Assembly (NCBI GenBank): GCA_965277805.1
Contig: OZ255842.1
Location: 96,001-160,000 of the forward strand
Direction: 5' to 3'
Origin: Candidatus Lustribacter sp.
GTDB lineage: Bacteria > Vulcanimicrobiota > Vulcanimicrobiia > Vulcanimicrobiales > Vulcanimicrobiaceae
DNA: 64,000 bases
Shown: piece after piece, positions 9,881 through 18,224 of the stretch
How the letters are laid out: each line of letters opens with the position of its first letter
Position numbering within the stretch: position 1 is the stretch's first letter
Position numbers and translations under genes: made by a program
Notes under the pieces: generated by a model
Databases searched by the model: none
What the model was told of the DNA's origin: nothing
The model's input: the letters and a program-made list of their open reading frames with translations, nothing else

Positions 9881-10971
9881 AGCGTGCACCGGTAGACGAT
9901 CGTGTCGGCGCGGTAGCGCACCTCGGGGCTCAGGCTGTTGGAAACGGCGAGAAAGTGCTCGCCATCCGCTTCGAAGTACGCTGCATCCGTGCCGCCGGTG
10001 GTTGCGAATTCCTCGACCACGTCGAAGGTGCCGTTTTCCCAACCGTAAATTTGCGACCGCAATTGCGGTTTCGGATCGTGCGGCGTGCCTTGAATGAAAC
10101 ACACGCGCACGAGAAAGCGTCCGCGCGGCGTCTCGATGATTTTCAGCTCGCGTCCGCCGTCACCGCCCAACGATTGCTGCACGGCGAAGCGCTCGCCGTC
10201 CCAGCGTTGCAGCGTCGTCTCGCCGAAGATCGGCGCGTAGATGAGCCATGAGCTTCCGTTGTCCGCAAAATACGCGAATGCCCGGCCCGCTTTTTCGCCG
10301 ATGTCCTGGAACGGAACGAAGTACTTGCCGTCCCAGCGCAAGATGCGCGACGCCCCGACGTGATCGGCATACGCGAGCAGCTGCATCCCATCCAGCTCGA
10401 AGAACGTCCAGTTATACCCCCAGCGGCCGTCGAGCACTTGGAACTCGGCAAATTGCGTGCCGTCCCACTCGTAGATGCGCGACGTCGCCGGCTGACGTGC
10501 CTCAACGCCCTCCATCGTTACGCCTTGCGCGAGTGCCAAGAAGCGCCGGCCGTCGAATTCGAAAAAACGCCACTGCTTCGCGCCGAAGGTGGGGATCGTT
10601 TGAAACAACACCGGACCGTTCTCACTCCAGCGATAGATCGCCGATGTGCAGTTGAGGTCGTACGGGCCGCGGCCGCTGCGCAGGCTGGCCAGTGCGAGAA
10701 ACGCGTCGTCGCCGATCGTGAAAAATTCGGCGTCTTCGCCGCCGGGCACGGGTAACGCGCCGTCGTCTTCGAACTTGCCGGTGCGCCAAACGTACAGCCG
10801 CGTGTCGACGTCGCTGTTGCCGCCGTTCATGTGCGCCGGCGTGCCGGGGACGTCTTCCGCCAGTTGCGGGATGACCAAACGGAGCGCCCCGCCGGTACGA
10901 AAGACCTCGACGGCCCGGGCGCCGGACGTGGCGAGCCGCTGATGCACGGTGAGCACGCTTTGATCAGGCAT
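9877..10971 (-). CDS. EPTP/EAR-repeat beta-propeller protein (7 repeats)
   Basis: Seven repeats of about 44-59 aa with the pattern FQ.(I/L)...G....FF...G..FLA......S.IY.W.G..F, e.g. LFQTIPTFGAKQWRFFEFDGRRFLALAQ...SRIYEWDGTQF. Confidence 0.8.
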   Translation of the reverse strand: MPDQSVLTVHQRLATSGARAVEVFRTGGALRLVIPQLAEDVPGTPAHMNGGNSDVDTRLYVWRTGKFEDDGALPVPGGEDAEFFTIGDDAFLALASLRSGRGPYDLNCTSAIYRWSENGPVLFQTIPTFGAKQWRFFEFDGRRFLALAQGVTMEGVEARQPATSRIYEWDGTQFAEFQVLDGRWGYNWTFFELDGMQLLAYADHVGASRILRWDGKYFVPFQDIGEKAGRAFAYFADNGSSWLIYAPIFGETTLQRWDGERFAVQQSLGGDGGRELKIIETPRGRFLVRVCFIQGTPHDPKPQLRSQIYGWENGTFDVVEEFATTGGTDAAYFEADGEHFLAVSNSLSPEVRYRADTIVYRCTL

Positions 10972-11048
10972 GGTACGCTCTCACCGTATCACCGCCGGTC
11001 GCGGAGCAGGTATCCCACATCCGTCCAAAAAATGTCGCGGCTCGGCCA

Positions 11049-11810
11049 ATGATGACGGAAATGCTTGCCATCACCGAGTCGGACGGATTCGAAACGCGTC
11101 GCTTTCGCTACGAAGGCAACCACGTGATGGAGCCGCACGTGCATGAGCACGGGCAACTCACTTGGATCACGGCCGGCGTGCTCACGCAGGTGACCGAGTC
11201 CGGGATGTGGGTCGCGCCGCGCCAACGCCTGATTTGGATGCCGCCCGGCGTGCACCACGGCGCGCAGTCGCGCGGCGTCGTCGAAGGGTGGCTCGTCCTC
11301 GCGCCGGCGTATTTTGCCGAGCATCTGCCGGCGCGCGTGTGCGTGCTGCGCACCTCGCAATTGTTGACCACGGCGCTCGAGCGCTTGACCGAACGCGCTG
11401 CGACGTCGCACCTGGCCGCGTTGCTCGCGCCCGTAATTCTGTTCGAGCTCGGTCAAACGGCGGTCGAAGAGCTGGGCGTGCCGTTGCCCCAGGGCACGAC
11501 GTTGCGTGCGGTTGCGCAAATGGTCATCGAGACACCGTCCGACCCGCGTGGCATCGACGACTGGGCGCGCGCGGCACTGATGTCCACGCGCTCGTTCACG
11601 CGCCACTTCGAAGCGGAAACCGGCATGCCGTTCTCGGAGTGGAAACGGCGCGTGGTGGCACGTCGTGCGGTCGAATTGCTCGCCTCGGGCGAGAGCGTGG
11701 CAAACGTGGCCGCCATGCTCGGCTACGAGTCGGTGAGCGCGTTTATCGCAATGTTCAAACGGCTGCACGGCATGCCGCCGTCGCGTTTCGTCGCCTCAAC
11801 GCTCAACTAA
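11049..11810 (+). CDS. AraC-family transcriptional regulator with cupin sensor domain
   Basis: PHVHEHGQL cupin; C-terminal MSTRSFTRHFEAETGMPFSEW...VAAMLGYESVSAFIAMFKRLHGMPP. Confidence 0.95.
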   Translation: MMTEMLAITESDGFETRRFRYEGNHVMEPHVHEHGQLTWITAGVLTQVTESGMWVAPRQRLIWMPPGVHHGAQSRGVVEGWLVLAPAYFAEHLPARVCVLRTSQLLTTALERLTERAATSHLAALLAPVILFELGQTAVEELGVPLPQGTTLRAVAQMVIETPSDPRGIDDWARAALMSTRSFTRHFEAETGMPFSEWKRRVVARRAVELLASGESVANVAAMLGYESVSAFIAMFKRLHGMPPSRFVASTLN

Positions 11811-11888
11811 TTCGAGCTCGCGCCAACTAGTATCGCGATCCGGCCAATCGGCAGTGCCGCGACGGCCCTTCGTGGTAGCGTCGAACGC

Positions 11889-12674
11889 ATGGGAACGGAC
11901 GACCGCCGCCTTCTCGACCGCCTGGCCGCCGGCGAACCAGCGCTGACCGTCGGCATCCGCGCGGCGCGCACCGCCGATGTCGCGCGGATCGCGCACGCCG
12001 CCGGGTATGCCGCGCTCTGGGTTGATCTCGAACACAGCAGTATGCCGATCGACGTTGCGTCGGCGATCGCCTCGACCGCGCACGATCTCGGCATGGAAGC
12101 GTGGGTACGCGTGTGCGAGCGCGACTACGGCGTGATCGGTCGCCTGCTCGACGGCGGTGTGACGGGCATCGTCATGCCGCGCGTCGAGAGTGCTGAAGAA
12201 GCACGGAAGCTCGTCACCGCCGTCCGTTTTCCGCCGCTCGGCCAACGCTCGCAAATCGGTATGCTGCCGCATTTCGGCTCGGCCCGTCCGTCGCCGGCCG
12301 ATTTCATGCAGCGCATCGAACGCGCAACGAGCGCGCATTGCCTGATCGAGTCCGCCGCCGGCGTTGCGAATGCCGATGCGATTGCGGCCGTGGACGGCGT
12401 CGACGTCTTGCACCTTGGCTTGAACGACCTCTCCGTCGATCTCGGTCACATCGGCGAGTTGCGTCATCCCGCCGTCGCGGATGCCTGCGCGACCGTGATC
12501 GCTGCGGCCAAGCGGCACGGCAAATTAGCCGCCGTGGGCGGAGTGGCCGACCCCGATCACTACCGCGACATCCTCGCGCTCGGCGCGATTCCGCTGATCT
12601 TCGCGGCGATCGATTCTGACGTGCTGGCCGCCGGGCTGCGCTCGCGCGCTTCCGAGTGGCTGGCGCACGCGTGA
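11889..12674 (+). CDS. HpcH/HpaI-family aldolase
   Basis: WVDLEHS, LLDGGVTGIVMPRVES, RFPPLGQRS, LIESAAGVANADAIAAVDGVDVLHLGLNDLS. Confidence 0.92.
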   Translation: MGTDDRRLLDRLAAGEPALTVGIRAARTADVARIAHAAGYAALWVDLEHSSMPIDVASAIASTAHDLGMEAWVRVCERDYGVIGRLLDGGVTGIVMPRVESAEEARKLVTAVRFPPLGQRSQIGMLPHFGSARPSPADFMQRIERATSAHCLIESAAGVANADAIAAVDGVDVLHLGLNDLSVDLGHIGELRHPAVADACATVIAAAKRHGKLAAVGGVADPDHYRDILALGAIPLIFAAIDSDVLAAGLRSRASEWLAHA

Positions 12675-13552
12675 GCGACATCCTGCCGATCGTTCCGATG
12701 CGGGCGGCCAACACGAACGCGGCGCCCCGCTTCGCCGTGCCGCCGGGTGCCTGCGACGTCCACGTCCACGTCTTCGAACCCGGCTATCCGCACGTGCCGC
12801 ATCCGCACTACGAATTTCCGGATGCATCGCTGCGGCAGCTGCGCGCGATGACGGACTTCCTCGGCATCGATCGCGTGGTGGTCGTGCAGCCGAGCTTCTA
12901 CGGCACCGACAACCGCGTGCTGCTCGGCGCCCTGCAACAGCTTGGGGATGCGGCCCGCGGCGTCGTGATGGTAGAGGAGGACGTGTCCGACGCGCAGCTC
13001 GACACCTTTCATGCGCACGGGGTGCGCGCGATCCGGCTCGATCTCTTCGCACGCGCGGATTGGCCGCGTGCCGATCTGCGGGCGTACATCACGCGGATGT
13101 TCGAACGCGTGGGCCGGCGCGGCTGGCATCTGCAGTTTTACACTCCGGGCTACGTCCTACGCGATTTGCTGCCGTTTTTGGCGACCATCGAGAGCGATTT
13201 CGTGATCGATCACATGGGCTACATGCTCGAATCGGACGGTCTCGGTCCGGCCGATTTCGCCCGATTGCTCGAGGTGATGAAACGCGGTCATGCCTGGCTC
13301 AAACTCTCGGGACCGTATCGCCTTGCCAAGGGCAAAGGCTACGGTGCGGTTGCGCACCTCGCACGCGGGATCGTCGAGGCGTGCCCGGATCGCGCGCTAT
13401 GGGGCAGCGATTGGCCGCACTTGCCCGACGGCAGCCGCGATACCGGCGAGTTGCTCAACCTGGTGCTCGAGTGGATTCAGGATCCGGCGACACGCAAACA
13501 CGTGCTGGCCGATAACCCGGCGCGGCTCTTCGGGTTCAGTGCGCGCGGATGA
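12671..13552 (+). CDS. Amidohydrolase-2 family lactonase (LigI / PDC-lactonase-like)
   Basis: GACDVHVHVF, VVVQPSFYGTDN, VIDHMG, WLKLSGPYR, WGSDWPH; GTG start overlaps the aldolase stop. Confidence 0.88.
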   Translation: MSDILPIVPMRAANTNAAPRFAVPPGACDVHVHVFEPGYPHVPHPHYEFPDASLRQLRAMTDFLGIDRVVVVQPSFYGTDNRVLLGALQQLGDAARGVVMVEEDVSDAQLDTFHAHGVRAIRLDLFARADWPRADLRAYITRMFERVGRRGWHLQFYTPGYVLRDLLPFLATIESDFVIDHMGYMLESDGLGPADFARLLEVMKRGHAWLKLSGPYRLAKGKGYGAVAHLARGIVEACPDRALWGSDWPHLPDGSRDTGELLNLVLEWIQDPATRKHVLADNPARLFGFSARG

Positions 13553-13720
13553 AGTCTAAGATCGGCCCGCTGATCGTTTCGTCGCCGGTGTTCATTGCGG
13601 CGACCGACAAGATGTGGTCGTATTGGGCGCCCGCGAGTCCGGAGCCCGTGGCGGCGCGGTGGAACGTATCTTTCATCGGCCGAGCGTAGCAGCCCGCCGT
13701 CGATGGATCGTCAGCAGCGA

Positions 13721-13752
13721 TTGACGGTCGCTTGACGGCGCGGTGTTAGAAC
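13721..13752 (+). promoter_or_regulatory. Direct-repeat operator TTGACGG-TCGC-TTGACGG plus putative extended -10 (TGT-TAGAAC)
   Basis: The 18-mer at 13721-13738 is identical to 16690-16707. It lies 8 nt from the -10-like hexamer, which is 6 nt before ATG 13759. Confidence 0.7.
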
Positions 13753-13758
13753 GGTGAC

Positions 13759-14772
13759 ATGGATCGTCGAACATTTGTGGGTGCTCTAGCCGGGGCCGCC
13801 ACCGTTGCCGGCACTGCCGGTGCGGGCATGGCGCCGCTGAATCCGCCGGTGAAATTGCGCGTCGGGATCATCGGCGCGCTGTTCGATTCCGGATCACTGG
13901 CCGCATCGAGTAAAGGCTACTTCCAGGACGAAGGCCTCGATGTCGAGATCGTGAGTTTTCCAAGTTCGGCCGAGGCGAGTCAGGCCGTCGGCATCGGTCA
14001 GATCGACGTGTTTTCCGGTGCCCCGAACGCCGGCTTGTTCAACGCGCGATCGCAAGGAATCGACATCCGCGTGGTTGCCGGCGCCGGCGAGAATTCGCCC
14101 GGGCACGGCATCATCAGCCTCGTTCTGCGAAAAGACCTGCTCGATTCCGGGCGCTACAAAACGGCCGCCGATCTCAAGGGCATGAAACTCGCTACCGGCA
14201 TCGCTCAGCCGAGTCAGTGGCTCGGCGCGGCGATGGCCGCCAACGCGGGATTAGGCCCGAAGGACGTAGACTTCGTCAGCCTCGGGTTTGCCAACACCAT
14301 CGCCGCGATGTCCAACAAGGCCGTCGACGGCGGGTCCGTCAACGAGCCGTTTGCGACGCTGCTGATCGAGCAGGCCGGTGGCGTGCGCGTCGCCTCGATG
14401 GACAAATTCAAGCCGCGCTTTCCCGCCGGGTATCTGCTCTACGGCACGTCGCTGACGAAGATAAACCGCGAAGCGGGGCGTCGCTACCTGGTCGCCTATC
14501 TCCGCGGGCTGCGCGACTACAAGCTGGCCTTCGGACCGGAGAAGAAGAGCACGGCCGACGTCGTCGCGCTGCTGAAAAAGTACAACGTGGTCGTCACGCC
14601 GGAAACACCGTCGATGGGCGTTCCCGATGACGGCGCGCCGTCGTTCGCCGGCGTTTCGGATTTCGCGGGTTGGCTGCAGCTGACGGGGACGATTCAGAAG
14701 CCGCCGGATCTCAAGGGACTCGTGGATGATTCATTCCGGCAATACGCGCTGCCGCAATTGCGGCTCTTGTAG
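13759..14772 (+). CDS. ABC transporter substrate-binding protein, NMT1/SsuA-like, with probable Tat signal
   Basis: MDRRTFVGALAGAA twin-arginine leader; KGYFQDEGLDVEIV, DLKGMKLA, VDGGSVNEPF. Confidence 0.88.
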   Translation: MDRRTFVGALAGAATVAGTAGAGMAPLNPPVKLRVGIIGALFDSGSLAASSKGYFQDEGLDVEIVSFPSSAEASQAVGIGQIDVFSGAPNAGLFNARSQGIDIRVVAGAGENSPGHGIISLVLRKDLLDSGRYKTAADLKGMKLATGIAQPSQWLGAAMAANAGLGPKDVDFVSLGFANTIAAMSNKAVDGGSVNEPFATLLIEQAGGVRVASMDKFKPRFPAGYLLYGTSLTKINREAGRRYLVAYLRGLRDYKLAFGPEKKSTADVVALLKKYNVVVTPETPSMGVPDDGAPSFAGVSDFAGWLQLTGTIQKPPDLKGLVDDSFRQYALPQLRLL

Positions 14773-14774
14773 GC

Positions 14775-15557
14775 GTGCCGCAAGCACGCGTCAACGGGCG
14801 CTCGTTGTGGTTCGAGGACACCGGGGGTGACGGTCCGCCGGTGGTCTTCTCGCACGGGTTCCTCATGGATCGCGAGATGTTCGCGGACAACATCGCGGCG
14901 CTTGCGCCGGACTACCGCTGCGTGTCGTGGGACCAGCGGGGATTCGGCCGCACAGGACCCGTCGCTGCGCCGTTTACGTACTGGGATAGCGCGCGCGACC
15001 TCTTGGGACTTCTCGATTATCTCGGCATCGAACGCGCTGGGCTCGTCGGTATGTCGCAGGGCGGGTTCATCTCGATGCGAGCGGCATTGCTGGCGCCGCA
15101 ACGCGTAAGTGCGCTCGTGCTGATCGATACGCGATCGGGCATCGATGCGCCGGAAGTCATCGAGGCGTTTGCGGGGCTCGATGCCGAGTGGCGCAAGAAC
15201 GGCGCGCAAAACGTCAAGAACGATCTGGCCGGCCTGCTCGGTGTGGCCTTTGCTGCGGAGCGCTGGTTTCCAAAGTGGGACGCGCTCGGCAGCGAAGACC
15301 TGCACCATCCGATCGGTGCGCTCAAGGATCGCGACGATATCACCGGCCGCTTAACCGAGATCGTCGCGCCCTGCCTCGTGATTCACGGCGACGCCGATCG
15401 AGCAATCGCGCTCGAACATGGCCTTGCGCTCCACGACGGCTTACCGACCTGCGAGGATATTGTTCTGGTGCCGGGCGCCGGACACGCCTCGAACATGGAG
15501 TCGCCGGAGGTCGTCAACGCGCCGTTGCGCGGGTTTCTCGACCGTCACTTGTCGTAA
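14775..15557 (+). CDS. Alpha/beta hydrolase (enol-lactone hydrolase-like)
   Basis: HGFLMD, WDQRGFG, GMSQGG nucleophile elbow, IHGDAD, GAGH. Confidence 0.9.
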   Translation: MPQARVNGRSLWFEDTGGDGPPVVFSHGFLMDREMFADNIAALAPDYRCVSWDQRGFGRTGPVAAPFTYWDSARDLLGLLDYLGIERAGLVGMSQGGFISMRAALLAPQRVSALVLIDTRSGIDAPEVIEAFAGLDAEWRKNGAQNVKNDLAGLLGVAFAAERWFPKWDALGSEDLHHPIGALKDRDDITGRLTEIVAPCLVIHGDADRAIALEHGLALHDGLPTCEDIVLVPGAGHASNMESPEVVNAPLRGFLDRHLS

Positions 15558-15560
15558 CGT

Positions 15561-16661
15561 TTAGAGTCGCGAGCCGCTACTCACCCCGAAGGCGCCGATC
15601 GGCCGGCCCGACGGCGCGCGCAGCGTGACGACGCTCCGCCGCATCGATCGGATGCCGCCGTCGTGGGTGGTGAGTTCGACCGTTTCGGTCCACCGCCCGT
15701 GCGTGAGCGCAAGGTGGGTCAGTTGCAGCGGCACGGCCGTCTCGTGGTTGTCGGCGTGGAGAATCGCCGGCGTCTTGCCGACAACGTCTTCTTTGCGCAA
15801 GCCGAACGAATGCTCGGCGACGGGGCTGAAGCCGACGATACGCGTGTCCAGATCCGTCACGATCACGCAGTCCGGGAATTGCTCGAGCGCGCCGGCGTAC
15901 GATTTGAGCAGCTCGGATTCGTCGCCCGAATCGTTACCATGACTCGCGAGCGCTTCACGATACAGTTGCTCGGTCTCGACACTGGGTGCAATGTCCAATT
16001 GCTCGTGCAGCAGCGCGGAAAATTCGCGATATTCCCGGATGGCCGCGGCGGAGCGCCCGTCGCGCAGCAAGAGGCGCATCAGCTTCCGGCGGCCGGTTTC
16101 GTCGAACGGATCGAGCACGAAGGTTCGGCGCAGCGTAGCGATCGCGCTGACCACGTCGCCCGCATCGGACTGAGCATCGGCAACTTTGAGCAGCACGGCG
16201 ATCGTTTCGTCACTGCTGACGCGGCGCTGGTGGGCAAGCCATTCATCAAACGGCGTCCCGCCAAGATCGAGTCCGGCCAGTAACTCACCGCGGCAGAGCT
16301 CGCCCGCGCCTTGCCAGTCCGAGGGGTTGGTGCTCGCTCCGAGTTGCCGCAGCCGGTCGACATCGGTTTGGAACTGCGTGCGGTCTAAACCGACGCGGTC
16401 GCCTTCGAGCGTCAACGCGTCGGCATCGACGCCGAGCGCGCGCCGGATGGTGGACAGACATTGCCGCAGGCTGTGGCGCGCTTCATCTTCGGAGACTTCG
16501 GGCCACAGCAGTCCCGCGAGGTGGCCGCGCGAGAACTCGTTGCGCGAGGAAAGCGCCAGGTAGGCGAGCAGGGCGCGTTGCCGCACGCCGCTGACGGCAT
16601 AGCGTTGACGATTACCGCTCGCGATGGTGAACTCGCCGAAAGCGGTCACTTGTAGGGCCAT
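15561..16661 (-). CDS. SARP-family activator (wHTH plus BTAD) with C-terminal PAS domain
   Basis: RALLAYLAL..SRGHLAGLLWPE...ARHSLRQCL; ELLAGL...FDEWL; DPFDE...LMRLL...A...Y..F...L...LDIAPSVET; then DCVIVTDLDTRIVGFSPVAEHSFG...DVVGK (PAS). Confidence 0.88.
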   Translation of the reverse strand: MALQVTAFGEFTIASGNRQRYAVSGVRQRALLAYLALSSRNEFSRGHLAGLLWPEVSEDEARHSLRQCLSTIRRALGVDADALTLEGDRVGLDRTQFQTDVDRLRQLGASTNPSDWQGAGELCRGELLAGLDLGGTPFDEWLAHQRRVSSDETIAVLLKVADAQSDAGDVVSAIATLRRTFVLDPFDETGRRKLMRLLLRDGRSAAAIREYREFSALLHEQLDIAPSVETEQLYREALASHGNDSGDESELLKSYAGALEQFPDCVIVTDLDTRIVGFSPVAEHSFGLRKEDVVGKTPAILHADNHETAVPLQLTHLALTHGRWTETVELTTHDGGIRSMRRSVVTLRAPSGRPIGAFGVSSGSRL

Positions 16662-16689
16662 GGCGTTCCTCCGCCGTCTACGCGAACCG

Positions 16690-16722
16690 TTGACGGTCGC
16701 TTGACGGGCACGCTGCTAAACT
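16690..16722 (+). promoter_or_regulatory. Direct-repeat operator TTGACGG-TCGC-TTGACGG plus putative extended -10 (TGC-TAAACT)
   Basis: Lies in the 69-bp gap between the SARP gene and the CoA ligase; identical 18-mer to 13721-13738. Confidence 0.75.
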
Positions 16723-16730
16723 CCGCGAAG

Positions 16731-18224
16731 ATGTTTCATCTCTCGAGCGTCCTCAACCGGGCAACCCAGTTGTATGGAGATCGTCTCGCCGTTTCCGACG
16801 AGCATTCGGCTCTTACCTACCGGCAACTCGGGGAACGCGTCGGAGCTCTCGTCGTTGGACTCGTCGATCGCGTCGCCGCCGGCGATCGGGTACTGCTCGT
16901 CGATCGCAATAGTGCCCGCGCGCTCGAACTGAATTTCGCCTGCGCGGCACTGGGAGCGATTCTCGTTCCGTTGAACACGCGGCTCGCCGCACGCGAAATT
17001 GCGGCCATTGCGGCCAAAACGGAGCCCGCGCTGTGTATGGCGAGCGACGCGTTCGCACAGCTCTTGCCGCCGAATGTCGAGGCGATTGTTTGGCCGGAAA
17101 CCGACACCGCGTTGGCGCAAAATCGCTATGAAGCTCTTCTCCGAACGGCCGGCCCCCTGGCCGTGAGCCGCCGCTCGCCGAACGACATCGCGCAAATCTT
17201 CTATACGAGCGGTACGACCGGCCAGCCGAAGGGCGTGTGTTTGACGCATGCCAACCTGGCCGCAAGCGCCTACGATGCCATCGTCGCGCTCGCGCTCGAT
17301 CGCGATGACGTCTGGCTGCATGCCGCGCCGATGTTTCATCTCGTCGATGCGTTCGCGATCTGGGGCATGACGATGGTCGGCGGCGTTCATGCGATCGCAC
17401 ATTTCCGGCCGGAAGATTTCGCCGATGTCGTCGCCCGGCATCGCGTAACCAAGACGAGCTTGCCGCCGACCCTGATCGCAATGGCGATCGCGCACATCGC
17501 GCCCAACGACGCCCGCGTGGCATCGCTCAAACGAGTGAGCTACGGCGGCTCGCCGATGACCGAGACCGTTCACGTTGCGGCGACCACCGTGCTCGGCGTC
17601 GATTTACTGCAAGCTTACGGGATCACCGAGTCATCGGGAATCGTGGCGCATCAACTTCCCGGCGACCGCATCAATCCGGCGTCCGTCGGTCAACCGGTGA
17701 CGAGCGTACGGATGCGCCTCACCGATGGAGACGGCAGAATTATCGAGGGCGACGGCGTCGGCGAGATCCAGGTTGCGGGCCCGCGCGTGATGGCCGGCTA
17801 CTGGCGCCGTCCGGCAGCAACGGATGCGGTGCTCGTGGATGGCTGGTATTCTACCGGCGATCTCGGGAGCCGCGATGCGGACGGTCACTTCTCCATCGTC
17901 GGACGGAAGAAAGACATGGTCATTACCGGCGGCGAGAACGTGTATCCGATCGAGGTTGAAAACGTGCTTGCCGCGCACCCCGCGGTGGGCGAAGTGGCCG
18001 TGTTCGGCGTGCCGAGCGAACGCTGGGGTGAGGAAGTGCGCGCGGCCGTCGTGTTGCGCGACGGACAGGTTGCGAGCGAACGCGATCTCATCGATTTCTG
18101 CCGCGAACGCATCGGCGGCTACAAAGTGCCGAAGTCGATTCATTTCTCCACCGATCCACTGCCGACGACCGGACCCGGCAAAGTTGCAAAACATCTGCTG
18201 CGCCAGGAGTACGCAACGAAATGA
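16731..18224 (+). CDS. Acyl/aryl-CoA ligase (AMP-binding superfamily)
   Basis: YTSGTTGQPKG, YGITE, WYSTGDLG, GRKKDMVITGGENVYP, GKV. Start moved to ATG 16731 because the TTG at 16701 is inside the operator. Confidence 0.93.
   Translation: MFHLSSVLNRATQLYGDRLAVSDEHSALTYRQLGERVGALVVGLVDRVAAGDRVLLVDRNSARALELNFACAALGAILVPLNTRLAAREIAAIAAKTEPALCMASDAFAQLLPPNVEAIVWPETDTALAQNRYEALLRTAGPLAVSRRSPNDIAQIFYTSGTTGQPKGVCLTHANLAASAYDAIVALALDRDDVWLHAAPMFHLVDAFAIWGMTMVGGVHAIAHFRPEDFADVVARHRVTKTSLPPTLIAMAIAHIAPNDARVASLKRVSYGGSPMTETVHVAATTVLGVDLLQAYGITESSGIVAHQLPGDRINPASVGQPVTSVRMRLTDGDGRIIEGDGVGEIQVAGPRVMAGYWRRPAATDAVLVDGWYSTGDLGSRDADGHFSIVGRKKDMVITGGENVYPIEVENVLAAHPAVGEVAVFGVPSERWGEEVRAAVVLRDGQVASERDLIDFCRERIGGYKVPKSIHFSTDPLPTTGPGKVAKHLLRQEYATK

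Noticed and set aside
13549-13689. 46-aa ORF overlapping the lactonase stop (MKSKIGPLIV...)
   Set aside because: Short, with no motif or RBS; may be chance or a remnant.
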